A DNA stretch of 64,000 nucleotides from Acutalibacteraceae bacterium (lineage in GTDB: Bacteria > Bacillota > Clostridia > Oscillospirales > Acutalibacteraceae). Numbering within the stretch: the first letter of the stretch is position 1; each line of letters opens with the position of its first letter. The position numbers and the translations under genes are program-made. Below are positions 9,815 through 18,872 of the stretch, one piece after another. The notes below the pieces were generated by a model, which had not been told where the DNA came from, did not search any database, and worked only from the letters and a program-made list of their open reading frames with translations. The DNA lies in contig JAZRPW010000038.1 in NCBI GenBank assembly GCA_045649405.1, forward strand, positions 13,442 through 77,441, written 5' to 3'.

Positions 9815-10351
9815 ATGCTATTTTTAATCGATTACACACCACAAATGCAAGAAAAATTTAGAAGAATTTATAATAAATATTTGAATTTAATGTTTTACAT
9901 TGCTTCTGGATTTTTTGACAATCAGCAAGACAAAGAAGATGCGGTTTTTGAAGCATTATATAAAATTGTTTCGCATCTTGAAAACTTAGATGAAGATGAA
10001 AAACGCATCAAAAATTTTATTGCTGTTGTCACAAAAAACACCTGTATCTCAATTAAACAAAAGCAAGACAAAATCAAGCAAGTTTCGTTTGAAAATATTG
10101 CAGAAAGTGAAGTCACTTTTGAAAATATAGAAGAAGATTTTGACAACAAAATTTCTTTGCAAAATTACAAAAAAGCACTTCTAAAACTCCCCCAGAATTA
10201 TTATGAAATCATTTATCTTAAGTTTTTTGAAGAGCTTTCAAATAAAGAGATTTCTAAACTTTTGGGCATTTCAGAACAAACTTGTTATAAACGTCTTTCT
10301 CGTGCACGAAAAATGCTTGAAAAAGTTGTAAAGGAGAATGAAGATGAGTAA
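9815..10351 (+). CDS. Sigma-70 family (ECF-like) RNA polymerase sigma factor
   Basis: Region 2-like segment (DKEDAVFEALYKIVSH..FIAVVTKNTCIS) and region 4 HTH (LSNKEISKLLGISEQTCYKRLSRARKML). ATG at 9815 follows GGGGGAGG. Confidence 0.8.
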   Translation: MLFLIDYTPQMQEKFRRIYNKYLNLMFYIASGFFDNQQDKEDAVFEALYKIVSHLENLDEDEKRIKNFIAVVTKNTCISIKQKQDKIKQVSFENIAESEVTFENIEEDFDNKISLQNYKKALLKLPQNYYEIIYLKFFEELSNKEISKLLGISEQTCYKRLSRARKMLEKVVKENEDE

Positions 10352-11138
10352 CGAAAATTTGAAATTAGCACTAATGCAAACAGCACCAGAAATGATTTTA
10401 AATGAAATTCCTGAAAAATTGCCAGAGGCAGAAGTTTCAAACGAATTTGAACAAAGAGTAAAAGGCATTTTCAAAAAGAAACCAAAAAAACCAATATGGG
10501 CTATTGTGGCGGCAATTGCAATTGTTTTGCTTGTAACTCCATTAATTGCTAATCATATTAAAAATGAAAATATGATTGAAGGTTGCGAAGTTGAAATAAT
10601 AACGGGTTGTTTGCCAGCGCAAGATTATGAAGGCAATAATGATGTGCCTATAAAAGAAGATAATTTAGTTGTTGAAATCACAACAACATTTTCAAAAGAA
10701 AGTTCAACAGAACAAAACATGTCTGCTCAGCAGAGTAATGTAAATGTATTAGAAATATTGAGAAGTATTAAAAACTTTGATGATTATGATGTTTATTTAA
10801 ATAGTGACAATGGTAAAGATGTTGTCCAATATACTAAAGATGAAAGTCTTGAGATAATGAAAGAATATTTAGATACTGATTTTGTGATTTTTGAAAAAGT
10901 TAAGTTTAGCAAAAAATATCTTCGTGGAATACAAAAATTTCTTAGTGATTATATGGGAGATGAGTACACAATTTATGGTGTAGGCAGTGGCTCTGGCGAA
11001 GACAACAAAGTAGTAATTGACATTGCTGATAAAAGCAAAATAAAAGAAATTCTTGAATTGCTTTATGAAAATTACGAAAACTTTGATAAAGATGCAATAA
11101 AGTTTGATGTGTATGAATGTGAAGTACGAGCTTATTAA
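10344..11138 (+). CDS. Putative anti-sigma factor: single-pass membrane protein with an unknown ectodomain
   Basis: Overlaps the sigma-gene stop by 8 nt (ATGAGTAA). Short cytoplasmic N-terminus, one TM helix (IWAIVAAIAIVLLVTPLI) and a ~190-aa extracytoplasmic part. The call rests on position and topology only. Confidence 0.5.
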   Translation: MSNENLKLALMQTAPEMILNEIPEKLPEAEVSNEFEQRVKGIFKKKPKKPIWAIVAAIAIVLLVTPLIANHIKNENMIEGCEVEIITGCLPAQDYEGNNDVPIKEDNLVVEITTTFSKESSTEQNMSAQQSNVNVLEILRSIKNFDDYDVYLNSDNGKDVVQYTKDESLEIMKEYLDTDFVIFEKVKFSKKYLRGIQKFLSDYMGDEYTIYGVGSGSGEDNKVVIDIADKSKIKEILELLYENYENFDKDAIKFDVYECEVRAY

Positions 11139-11162
11139 AAAGTGCAAAAGGAGTGGATTGTT

Positions 11163-11594
11163 TTGAAAAAAAGATTCATTTATTTAGTGATTGTATTTGT
11201 TCTTTTGTTGACTTCTTGCTCTTTTGCACAAGAAAACGGCGTTACATTATCTATTGAAAACAATGTTTTTCCGGTTGGAACAAAAAGCGTTGTGACAAAA
11301 TGGACTAACAATACTAATGATGTAATATCGTTCGGCTTTGGATTCAAATTAGAGCAAAAGGAAAAAGTCGAATGGGTAGAAGTAGAACATTCTAAGGATT
11401 ATATAGTTGAAGATGTTTTAGCAAAGTTGTTACCAAAAGGCGAAACAGAAGCACAATATAACATAACAGCGTATTACGGCAAAGATTTGCCAAAAGGCGA
11501 GTACAGAATAAAAGCAAACTATAGTTTTGATGATGACAAGGAATATGGCGAAAAAGACTATTGTGTTGCTTTTGCAGAATTTGAAATAAAATAA
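11163..11594 (+). CDS. Small lipoprotein of unknown function
   Basis: TTG at 11163 lies 9 nt after AAAGGAG. Lipobox LLLTSC. It is the third gene of the sigma/anti-sigma unit. Confidence 0.55.
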   Translation: MKKRFIYLVIVFVLLLTSCSFAQENGVTLSIENNVFPVGTKSVVTKWTNNTNDVISFGFGFKLEQKEKVEWVEVEHSKDYIVEDVLAKLLPKGETEAQYNITAYYGKDLPKGEYRIKANYSFDDDKEYGEKDYCVAFAEFEIK

Positions 11595-11608
11595 GAACAA
11601 AACAAAAA

Positions 11609-11635
11609 CTCGGGGTGGCAACACCCCGAGTTTTT
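11609..11635. terminator. Bidirectional rho-independent terminator
   Basis: Hairpin ctcggggtg-gcaa-caccccgag flanked by AAAAA and TTTTT, between convergent genes. Confidence 0.9.
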
Positions 11636-11646
11636 AAATTTAAAAT

Positions 11647-11853
11647 TTAGTTTTTGCTGTCTTTCAAGAAATTGTTGATTTTTTCAACCAATTCGTCAGC
11701 ATCAACACCGTGAACTGCACAAGCGTCTTCAATTGACTCACCACGTGAAGCAGGGCAACCAAGACAATGCATTCCCATTTCAAAGAAGAAAGGCGCTGTG
11801 TCAACATTATAATCAAGAATATCGCCGATAATAGTATCTTTTGTTACAACCAT
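11647..11853 (-). CDS. DUF1858-type small redox-disulfide domain protein
   Basis: DTIIGDIL..APFFFEMGMHCLGCPASRGESIEDACAVHGVD pattern. RBS GGAGGT upstream. Confidence 0.7.
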   Translation of the reverse strand: MVVTKDTIIGDILDYNVDTAPFFFEMGMHCLGCPASRGESIEDACAVHGVDADELVEKINNFLKDSKN

Positions 11854-11883
11854 TTTTATTACCTCCGTTAATTTAGTTTCTAA

Positions 11884-13056
11884 TTATATTATAACAATAC
11901 TTTCAGAAAATTCAACCCCTGCAGGCGCAATTTTTGGTGTAAGCATTGTAAAAAAATCTGTAAAACGGGCTTCTTGCTCAAAAAAGTCCTTTGCATTCTC
12001 GCCAATTTTTTTAGCATCTGCATAACTTGTAACAATTTCTTTTTTGCCGTTTTCTTTGATTTTGCCAAGCAATTCCTTGCCGTTTTGTGAAAAGCCCAAA
12101 ACCCTTAAATACGGCTGTTTTTTATAAGAAAAAATGCCGAGCGTTGCATTTAAAATTAGCCTTCTAATTCGTGCGTTTGTGTACCTTTTTGTCTGTGCTA
12201 AACACAACAATTCTTCAAGCGACTTTGCGTTTCTAACTGCATCAAAAAGGCGGTTGTGAAGTCCCTCGCTAACATCAGCCAAACGCTCAAAATCACACTC
12301 TTTCAACTCTCGCAACTTTGCCAAAACAACCCTTTCGTTGTCTTTCAAACTTGCAGGGAAAAGTTGTGATTCGTTTAAGAATTTTTTGCTGCTTTCAGGC
12401 ACGAATTTTGAGTAATCTTCGCCGCTTTCAATCATCTTTCTAACGGCAGATGCACTTGCAAAATTATCAACCGCATTACTGTCATTATGCCCTACGCCAA
12501 CACGCTTTAAACTAAGTGCAGAAATGTTAGAATTAAGAAGTTTTAACGCTTTTAAATATTCAATACCCAAAACATCATTCGGGTTTTTAAGATTCTTTAC
12601 AAAATCTTCAGAAAGTTCTTTTTTGACAACCTTTTCACGCGCTTCAATAAAACTTTTGCTTGCTACTAAAAATTCGCCGATTTGCCCGTCGGTTTTAGGG
12701 TCTAACAAAAAAGTGCAAAGGGTGTTAAGTTTGTCTAAATCTCCGGTTTCGCTTCCAAAACAAAGGGTGTCAACAACACCTAAATTGTCAAGAATTTCAA
12801 CTGCAGAAAAGCAATATTTTTCTGCAGGAGCAAGGCAGTAGCAGGTTGGAATTTCAACCACCAAATCTGCGCCGTTTTCCAGCGCAATTTTTGCCCTTGT
12901 CCACTTGTCTGCAATTGCTATGTCACCACGTTGTACAAAGTTACCACTCATTGCAACGATAATATGTGAAAAGTCCATTTCACGCAAAGCGTCAATTTGG
13001 TGTTTATGCCCGTTGTGAAAAGGGTTATATTCCGCAACAATTCCTGCAACTTTCAT
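11884..13056 (-). CDS. tmcAL: tRNA(Met) cytidine acetate ligase (YlbM/UPF0348 nucleotidyltransferase family)
   Basis: N-terminal GIVAEYNPFHNGHKHQI HxGH-type motif; ~390 aa. Confidence 0.8.
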   Translation of the reverse strand: MKVAGIVAEYNPFHNGHKHQIDALREMDFSHIIVAMSGNFVQRGDIAIADKWTRAKIALENGADLVVEIPTCYCLAPAEKYCFSAVEILDNLGVVDTLCFGSETGDLDKLNTLCTFLLDPKTDGQIGEFLVASKSFIEAREKVVKKELSEDFVKNLKNPNDVLGIEYLKALKLLNSNISALSLKRVGVGHNDSNAVDNFASASAVRKMIESGEDYSKFVPESSKKFLNESQLFPASLKDNERVVLAKLRELKECDFERLADVSEGLHNRLFDAVRNAKSLEELLCLAQTKRYTNARIRRLILNATLGIFSYKKQPYLRVLGFSQNGKELLGKIKENGKKEIVTSYADAKKIGENAKDFFEQEARFTDFFTMLTPKIAPAGVEFSESIVII

Positions 13057-13125
13057 AAAAATCTCCTAAAAATTTTAGTTCTTTTATATATTAACATCTT
13101 TTTTTAATTTTTTCAATGATTTAGA

Positions 13126-13154
13126 TAGACTTTTTTGAAAAAATGTGTTAAAAT
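13126..13154 (+). promoter_or_regulatory. Promoter with extended -10 TGTGTTAAAAT; shares a ~34-nt module with 34378..34411
   Basis: TAGACT-17-TAAAAT with TGTG-T immediately upstream of the -10. It lies 43 nt upstream of the aconitase ATG. Confidence 0.5.
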
Positions 13155-13196
13155 GAATGGTAATTAAAAATCTTTAAATTTCGGAGGAAAATTAAA

Positions 13197-15131
13197 ATGG
13201 GCAAGACAATTGCAGAAAAAATATTAGAAGCACATTTAGTATGTGGCGAAATGAAAAAAGGTGAAGACATTGGCATTCGCATTGACCAAACTTTAACACA
13301 AGATGCTACTGGCACAATGGCTTATCTTGAGTTCGAAGCAATGGGTGTAAAACGCGTTAAAACAGAGCGTTCAGTTGCTTACATTGACCACAACACACTT
13401 CAAACTGGTTTTGAAAATATGGATGACCACCGTTTCATTGGCTCAATTGCTAAAAAACACGGCATCTATTTCTCACGCCCTGGTAACGGCATTTGCCACC
13501 AAGTTCATCTTGAGCGTTTTGGCATTCCAGGCAAAACATTAATCGGTTCTGACTCACACACACCAACCGGTGGCGGTATTGGTATGCTCGCTTTCGGTGC
13601 AGGTGGTCTTGACGTTGCCGTTGCAATGGGCGGTGGCGAATATCACATCACAATGCCAAAAATGACAAGAATTAATTTAACTGGCAAACTTTCTCCATAC
13701 GTTTCAGCAAAAGATGTTATCTTGGAAGTTCTTAGAATTATGTCGGTTAAAGGTGGCGTTGGCAAAATTGTTGAATACGGTGGCGAAGGTGTTAAAACTT
13801 TGTCAGTTCCAGAACGTGCAACAATTACAAATATGGGTGCAGAACTTGGCGCTTCGACTTCAGTTTTCCCTGCAGATGAAGTAACTCGTGAATTCTTAAA
13901 AGCACAAGGCAGAGAACAAGACTTCACACCTGTTTTTGCAGATGAAGATGCAGTTTATGATGAAGTAATTGACATTGATTTGTCAACACTTAAAGCAGCT
14001 GCTGCAATGCCTCATATGCCTGACAACGTTAAATCAGTTGAAGAAATCGGTCAAATTAAAGTAGACCAAGTTCTCATTGGTTCTTGCACAAACTCTTCAC
14101 TTCGTGATTTGCTCCGTGTTGCACAAATTTTAAAAGGCAAAACTGTTCATCCTGATGTTTCAGTTGGTATTGCCCCTGGTTCAAAACAAGTTTTCACAAT
14201 GCTCGCTAAATGTGGTGCGCTTGCAGACCTTATTTCTGCAGGTTGCCGTATTTTAGAGTGTACTTGCGGTCCTTGTATCGGTATGGGTCAATCTCCAAAC
14301 TCAAAGGGTATCTCACTTAGAACATTCAACCGTAACTTTGAAGGTCGTTCAGGTACTGCTGATGGTCAAATTTATCTTGTTTCTCCTGAAACAGCAGCAG
14401 CTTCAGCACTCACAGGTGTTTTAACGGACCCAACAACTCTTGGTGGTTATACTGAAATTGAAATGCCTGAAAAATTCCTTATTTGCGATAATTTGATTGT
14501 TCCACCAGCATCAGAGGAGGAAGCAGACAGTGTTGAAATTCTTCGTGGTCCAAACATCAAACCTTTCCCAGTTACAACTGCAATGGAAGACACAATTGCG
14601 GCTAAAACTGTTCTTAAAGTTGAAGATAATATCACAACTGACCATATTATGCCGGCAGGCGCTAAAATCTTGCCTTACCGTTCAAACATTCCTTATCTTT
14701 CACAATTCTGCTTTAAACAATGTGATGAAAACTTTGCAGAAAATTGTAAAGCAGCAGGCAATGGCGTAATTATCGGCGGCGCAAACTATGGTCAAGGTTC
14801 ATCTCGTGAACACGCAGCACTTGTTCCACTTTATCTCGGTATCAAAGCGGTTATCACAAAATCTTTTGCTCGTATTCACGTTGCTAACCTTATCAATGCA
14901 GGTATCATTCCAATGACTTTCGTTAACGAAGCAGATTATGACAAAGTTTCAAAAGATGATGATTTGAGTTTTGACGGCATCGCAACAGCTATTAAAAATG
15001 GCGATGTTACATATACAGTTAAAAATAAAACTCAAGGCACAACATTCGAAGTTAACCTTGACTTCTCAACTCGTCAAAGAGATATGTTGTTAGCAGGCGG
15101 TCTTTTAAACTATACAAAAGAAAATGCTTAA
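13197..15131 (+). CDS. acn: Aconitate hydratase (aconitase family, ~640-aa form)
   Basis: IDQTLTQDATG, GSDSHT, GSCTNS and CGPCIGMGQ motifs (Fe-S cluster Cys ligands) plus a C-terminal swivel domain. Confidence 0.88.
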   Translation: MGKTIAEKILEAHLVCGEMKKGEDIGIRIDQTLTQDATGTMAYLEFEAMGVKRVKTERSVAYIDHNTLQTGFENMDDHRFIGSIAKKHGIYFSRPGNGICHQVHLERFGIPGKTLIGSDSHTPTGGGIGMLAFGAGGLDVAVAMGGGEYHITMPKMTRINLTGKLSPYVSAKDVILEVLRIMSVKGGVGKIVEYGGEGVKTLSVPERATITNMGAELGASTSVFPADEVTREFLKAQGREQDFTPVFADEDAVYDEVIDIDLSTLKAAAAMPHMPDNVKSVEEIGQIKVDQVLIGSCTNSSLRDLLRVAQILKGKTVHPDVSVGIAPGSKQVFTMLAKCGALADLISAGCRILECTCGPCIGMGQSPNSKGISLRTFNRNFEGRSGTADGQIYLVSPETAAASALTGVLTDPTTLGGYTEIEMPEKFLICDNLIVPPASEEEADSVEILRGPNIKPFPVTTAMEDTIAAKTVLKVEDNITTDHIMPAGAKILPYRSNIPYLSQFCFKQCDENFAENCKAAGNGVIIGGANYGQGSSREHAALVPLYLGIKAVITKSFARIHVANLINAGIIPMTFVNEADYDKVSKDDDLSFDGIATAIKNGDVTYTVKNKTQGTTFEVNLDFSTRQRDMLLAGGLLNYTKENA

Positions 15132-15132
15132 A

Positions 15133-16362
15133 ATGAAAATCAATAAAAAAATAATTTTTTCAGTTGTATCGGTTGCTTTGGTGTTAGCAATTGTTTTTGG
15201 TGTAATAGCGTTTTATCCATTTAAACCAAAAGCAAAAGTTGTGTCGCAAAAACAACCGGTCAGCGTTACTTTGCCAAATCCAAGCACTGCCCTGATTGAG
15301 CAATATTCTAATTATATGTTTGCTCGCAACCCTTGGGATATGCAAACATATAACGGTAAAGTTTATATTAGCGCAGGGGATTATGGCGAAAACTCGGGTC
15401 CTACTAAAATCATATGTTATGACCCACAAGACGGCAGTTTTGAAAAGTGTGATAGCATTTATTCAGAACAAATTTCAAGATTTTATGTTTTTGATGATTG
15501 TTTATATACCGTTTCGGTTGACCCTGTTAATTGGGGTGTAGGCGAATTTTACAGAAAAACTAAAGACGATGAATATGACTGGTTTGAATATTTCACAGTT
15601 TTACCATCTTCTGTTCATTGTCTTGATATGGCAGAGTTTGATGACAAGTTGTTTTTCTGTGGACAGGTTCAAGACAATGACAATTACGCAATGATTCAGT
15701 ATATTGAGAAAAGCGATATGCCGGTTGACTATGATGACACAACAAAACACGCCTTTATTTATAAAGACGGCAAAGAAATTACTGATGAGTATCTTCGTGT
15801 TGTGGTTTCTGAGTTGATTGTGTTTAAGGACAATCTTTATGCTTGGCATAACAGTTCAGAGCGAATTGGCGACCCTTACGAAGGGCTTTATGTTTACAAC
15901 AAAGAAGAGTGTCGATTTGATTATATCGAAGGCGAAAAAACATTCGAACCAGTTGTTGAAAAGGGCGACAGTCAGTATGATTATGCGCTTGTTCAAGCAG
16001 ATGTTGAGTATGATGGCAAACTGGTTTTCGCTAACAATGGTCTGTTGTATACAGAAGATTTGAAAAACTACACCGAGTGTAATTTTGGCAAAGGTTATGA
16101 AGATTTTGTGGCTCGTGATTTGTTGGTAATTGAAGACCAACTTTACATTCTTGCAAGTAAACAACTTGAAAATGGCAAATTCAAAACTTGTGTTTTTGTA
16201 ACAGAAGACCTTGAAAAATTTTCTGAAGTTTTGAATTTTGAAGCCAATAGCTATATGATTAGTTTTGAGTATATTGACAAAACATTTATTTTCGGCGAAG
16301 GTGGAGCATATAAAGATATTCCAGAAAGTTGTGGTAATTTATATTCTATAAAGGTGGAATAA
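15133..16362 (+). CDS. Membrane-anchored beta-propeller-like protein, tandem paralog 1 (uncharacterised family)
   Basis: Start chosen at the second ATG (MKINKKIIF) to match the paralog N-termini; the alternative ATG at 15124 overlaps the acn stop. Single N-terminal TM helix. About half the residues match paralog 2, rising to near identity at the C-terminus. Confidence 0.8.
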   Translation: MKINKKIIFSVVSVALVLAIVFGVIAFYPFKPKAKVVSQKQPVSVTLPNPSTALIEQYSNYMFARNPWDMQTYNGKVYISAGDYGENSGPTKIICYDPQDGSFEKCDSIYSEQISRFYVFDDCLYTVSVDPVNWGVGEFYRKTKDDEYDWFEYFTVLPSSVHCLDMAEFDDKLFFCGQVQDNDNYAMIQYIEKSDMPVDYDDTTKHAFIYKDGKEITDEYLRVVVSELIVFKDNLYAWHNSSERIGDPYEGLYVYNKEECRFDYIEGEKTFEPVVEKGDSQYDYALVQADVEYDGKLVFANNGLLYTEDLKNYTECNFGKGYEDFVARDLLVIEDQLYILASKQLENGKFKTCVFVTEDLEKFSEVLNFEANSYMISFEYIDKTFIFGEGGAYKDIPESCGNLYSIKVE

Positions 16363-16365
16363 ATA

Positions 16366-17613
16366 ATGAAAAATACTAAAAAAATTATAATTGCAGCATC
16401 AGTTGTTTTAATTTTGGCGCTTGTTTTTACTGTAATATTGATTAATCCTTTTAAGTTAAAAGCAAAAATTGTGTCAGCTAAACAACCCGTTCAAATAACT
16501 TTACCAAAAGCAGATACTTCGTTGAAAGATTTTTATAATGAAAAAGGCGAAGGCAAGTATAATTTTGCTGCTCAAGCGTGGGATATGATTGAGTTTAAAG
16601 GCAAAGTTTTTCTTAGCGCAGGGGATTATAATAATAATTCGGGGTCTGCTCCGGTTTATTATTACGACCCAAAGGCGAGAAAGTTTGAGTATTGCGATTC
16701 AGTTTATACCGAGCAAGTTTCAGAGTTTGAAATAATTAACGATAAACTTATAACAACAGCAGTTGACCCTGTTTCTTGGGGCGTTGGCGAATATTATGTT
16801 TATAATGAGCAAGATGATAAGTTCGATTATTATTCAACCTTGCCTTCTAATATTCATTGTTATGATGTTGAGTATTTTGATGGTAAATACTTTTTCTCTG
16901 GCTCTGTAGATGATGACGAGAATTATGCAGGCGTTCAATGGATTAAGGAAGAAGATTTTTGTTCAGATGATTTAGATAAAACTCATCAAGCGTTTTTAAT
17001 GGTTGATGGCAAGCGAAATCCTTTGAATTTTCGTATTTATCAGTTATTCGCTTTTAAAGGCGAACTTTTTGCTTGGCATTATGAGGCAATACCAGAACAA
17101 TTTCATGAGCAGTTGGGCATACCAAAGTATTTGGGCTTGTTTAAATATAATAAAGAGAAAAATTATTTTGAAAAGCTGAGTAATGAATATAATCTTGACC
17201 CAATAATTGAAAAAGTTGATCATAAGATTGATTTGGCAAAAATTCAGGCAAAGTTAATTTATGATGAAAAATATGTTTTTGTAAACAATGGTCTTTTGTT
17301 TACAGAAGACTTCAAAAATTATACCGAGTGCAGTTTTGGCGAAGGATATGATGGCTTTATAGCACATGATATGTTTGAGCGTGAAGGTCAACTTTATATT
17401 CTTGCAAGTAAGACCACGAAAAACGGTAAATATAAAACTTGCGTTTTTGTAACAGAAAACCTTGAAAAATTTGCAGAGGTTTTGAATTTTGAAGTTGATA
17501 GTTATATGATAAGCTTTGAATATGTTGATAACACATTTATTTTCTGTGAAGGTGGAGCATATAAAGATATTCCAGAAAGTTGTGGTAATTTATATTCTAT
17601 AAAGGTGGATTAA
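16366..17613 (+). CDS. Membrane-anchored beta-propeller-like protein, tandem paralog 2
   Basis: Starts 3 nt after paralog 1. Most residues are identical to paralog 3. Confidence 0.85.
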   Translation: MKNTKKIIIAASVVLILALVFTVILINPFKLKAKIVSAKQPVQITLPKADTSLKDFYNEKGEGKYNFAAQAWDMIEFKGKVFLSAGDYNNNSGSAPVYYYDPKARKFEYCDSVYTEQVSEFEIINDKLITTAVDPVSWGVGEYYVYNEQDDKFDYYSTLPSNIHCYDVEYFDGKYFFSGSVDDDENYAGVQWIKEEDFCSDDLDKTHQAFLMVDGKRNPLNFRIYQLFAFKGELFAWHYEAIPEQFHEQLGIPKYLGLFKYNKEKNYFEKLSNEYNLDPIIEKVDHKIDLAKIQAKLIYDEKYVFVNNGLLFTEDFKNYTECSFGEGYDGFIAHDMFEREGQLYILASKTTKNGKYKTCVFVTENLEKFAEVLNFEVDSYMISFEYVDNTFIFCEGGAYKDIPESCGNLYSIKVD

Positions 17614-17616
17614 ATA

Positions 17617-18855
17617 ATGAAAAACACTAAAAAAATAATAATTGTAACATCAGTTGTTTTGGTTTTGGCTCTTGTTGTTGGCGTGATTTTGATTAATCCG
17701 TTTAAATTAAAAGCAAAAATTGTGTCAGCTAAACAACCCGTTCAAATAACTTTGCCAAAAGCAGATACTTCGTTGAAAGATTTTTATAATGAAAAAGGCG
17801 AAGGCAAGTATAAATTTGCTGCTCAAGCTTGGGATATGATTGAGTTTAAAGGCAAAGTCTTTCTTAGCGCAGGGGATTATGACATCAATTCAGGTTCTGC
17901 TCCGGTTTATTATTATGACCCAAAGACGCAAAAGTTTGAGTATTGCGATACAGTTTATACCGAGCAGGTTTTAGAATTTGAAAAGCAAGATGATAAACTT
18001 GTAACCGTTTCAATCGACCCTGTTTCTTGGGGTGCAGGCGAGTATTATGTTTATAATGAACAAGATAATATGTTTGATTATTATACAACTTTGCCTTCTA
18101 ATATTCATTGTTATGATATTGAGTATTTTGATGGTAAATACTTCTTTTCAGGCTCTGTAAATGATACTGAAAATTATTCAGGTGTTCAATGGATTAAAGA
18201 AGAAGATTTTTGTTCAGATGATATGGATAAAACTCATCAAGCGTTTTTAATGGTTGATGGTGAGAGAATTCCGAAATTTTTGAATATGCGTGTTTATCAG
18301 TTGTTTGCTTATAAAGGTGAACTTTTTGCTTGGCATTATGCAGTAGTACCAGAAGAATTTCAAAAGTATTTTGGTTTGTTCAAATATAATAAAGAGAAAA
18401 ATTGTTTTGAAAAGCTAAGTGATGAATATAATCTTGACCCTATAATAGAAAAAATTGGTCAAGGTATTGATTATTCGAAAATTCAAGCAAAATTGATTTA
18501 TGATGATAAATATGTTTTTGCAAATAACGGTCTTTTGTTTACAGAAGATTTTAAAAATTACACCGAGTGTAGTTTTGGCGAAGGATATGAGGGATTTATA
18601 GCGCGTGATATATTTGAGCGTGAAGGGCAGCTTTATATTCTTGCAAGTAAGACCACGAAAAACGGTAAATATAAAACTTGTGTTTTTGTAACAGAAAACC
18701 TTGAAAAATTTGCAGAGGTTTTGAATTTTGAAGCCGATAGTTATATGATTAGTTTTGAGCATGTTGATAACACTTTTGTTTTTTGCGAAGGTGGTAAAGA
18801 TTCAGAAGACATCGCAAAAAGTTGCGGAAATTTATATGCTATAAAAGTAGATTAA
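17617..18855 (+). CDS. Membrane-anchored beta-propeller-like protein, tandem paralog 3
   Basis: Starts 3 nt after paralog 2 and has the same architecture. Confidence 0.85.
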   Translation: MKNTKKIIIVTSVVLVLALVVGVILINPFKLKAKIVSAKQPVQITLPKADTSLKDFYNEKGEGKYKFAAQAWDMIEFKGKVFLSAGDYDINSGSAPVYYYDPKTQKFEYCDTVYTEQVLEFEKQDDKLVTVSIDPVSWGAGEYYVYNEQDNMFDYYTTLPSNIHCYDIEYFDGKYFFSGSVNDTENYSGVQWIKEEDFCSDDMDKTHQAFLMVDGERIPKFLNMRVYQLFAYKGELFAWHYAVVPEEFQKYFGLFKYNKEKNCFEKLSDEYNLDPIIEKIGQGIDYSKIQAKLIYDDKYVFANNGLLFTEDFKNYTECSFGEGYEGFIARDIFEREGQLYILASKTTKNGKYKTCVFVTENLEKFAEVLNFEADSYMISFEHVDNTFVFCEGGKDSEDIAKSCGNLYAIKVD

Positions 18856-18872
18856 AAATCAAGGAGAAGAAA

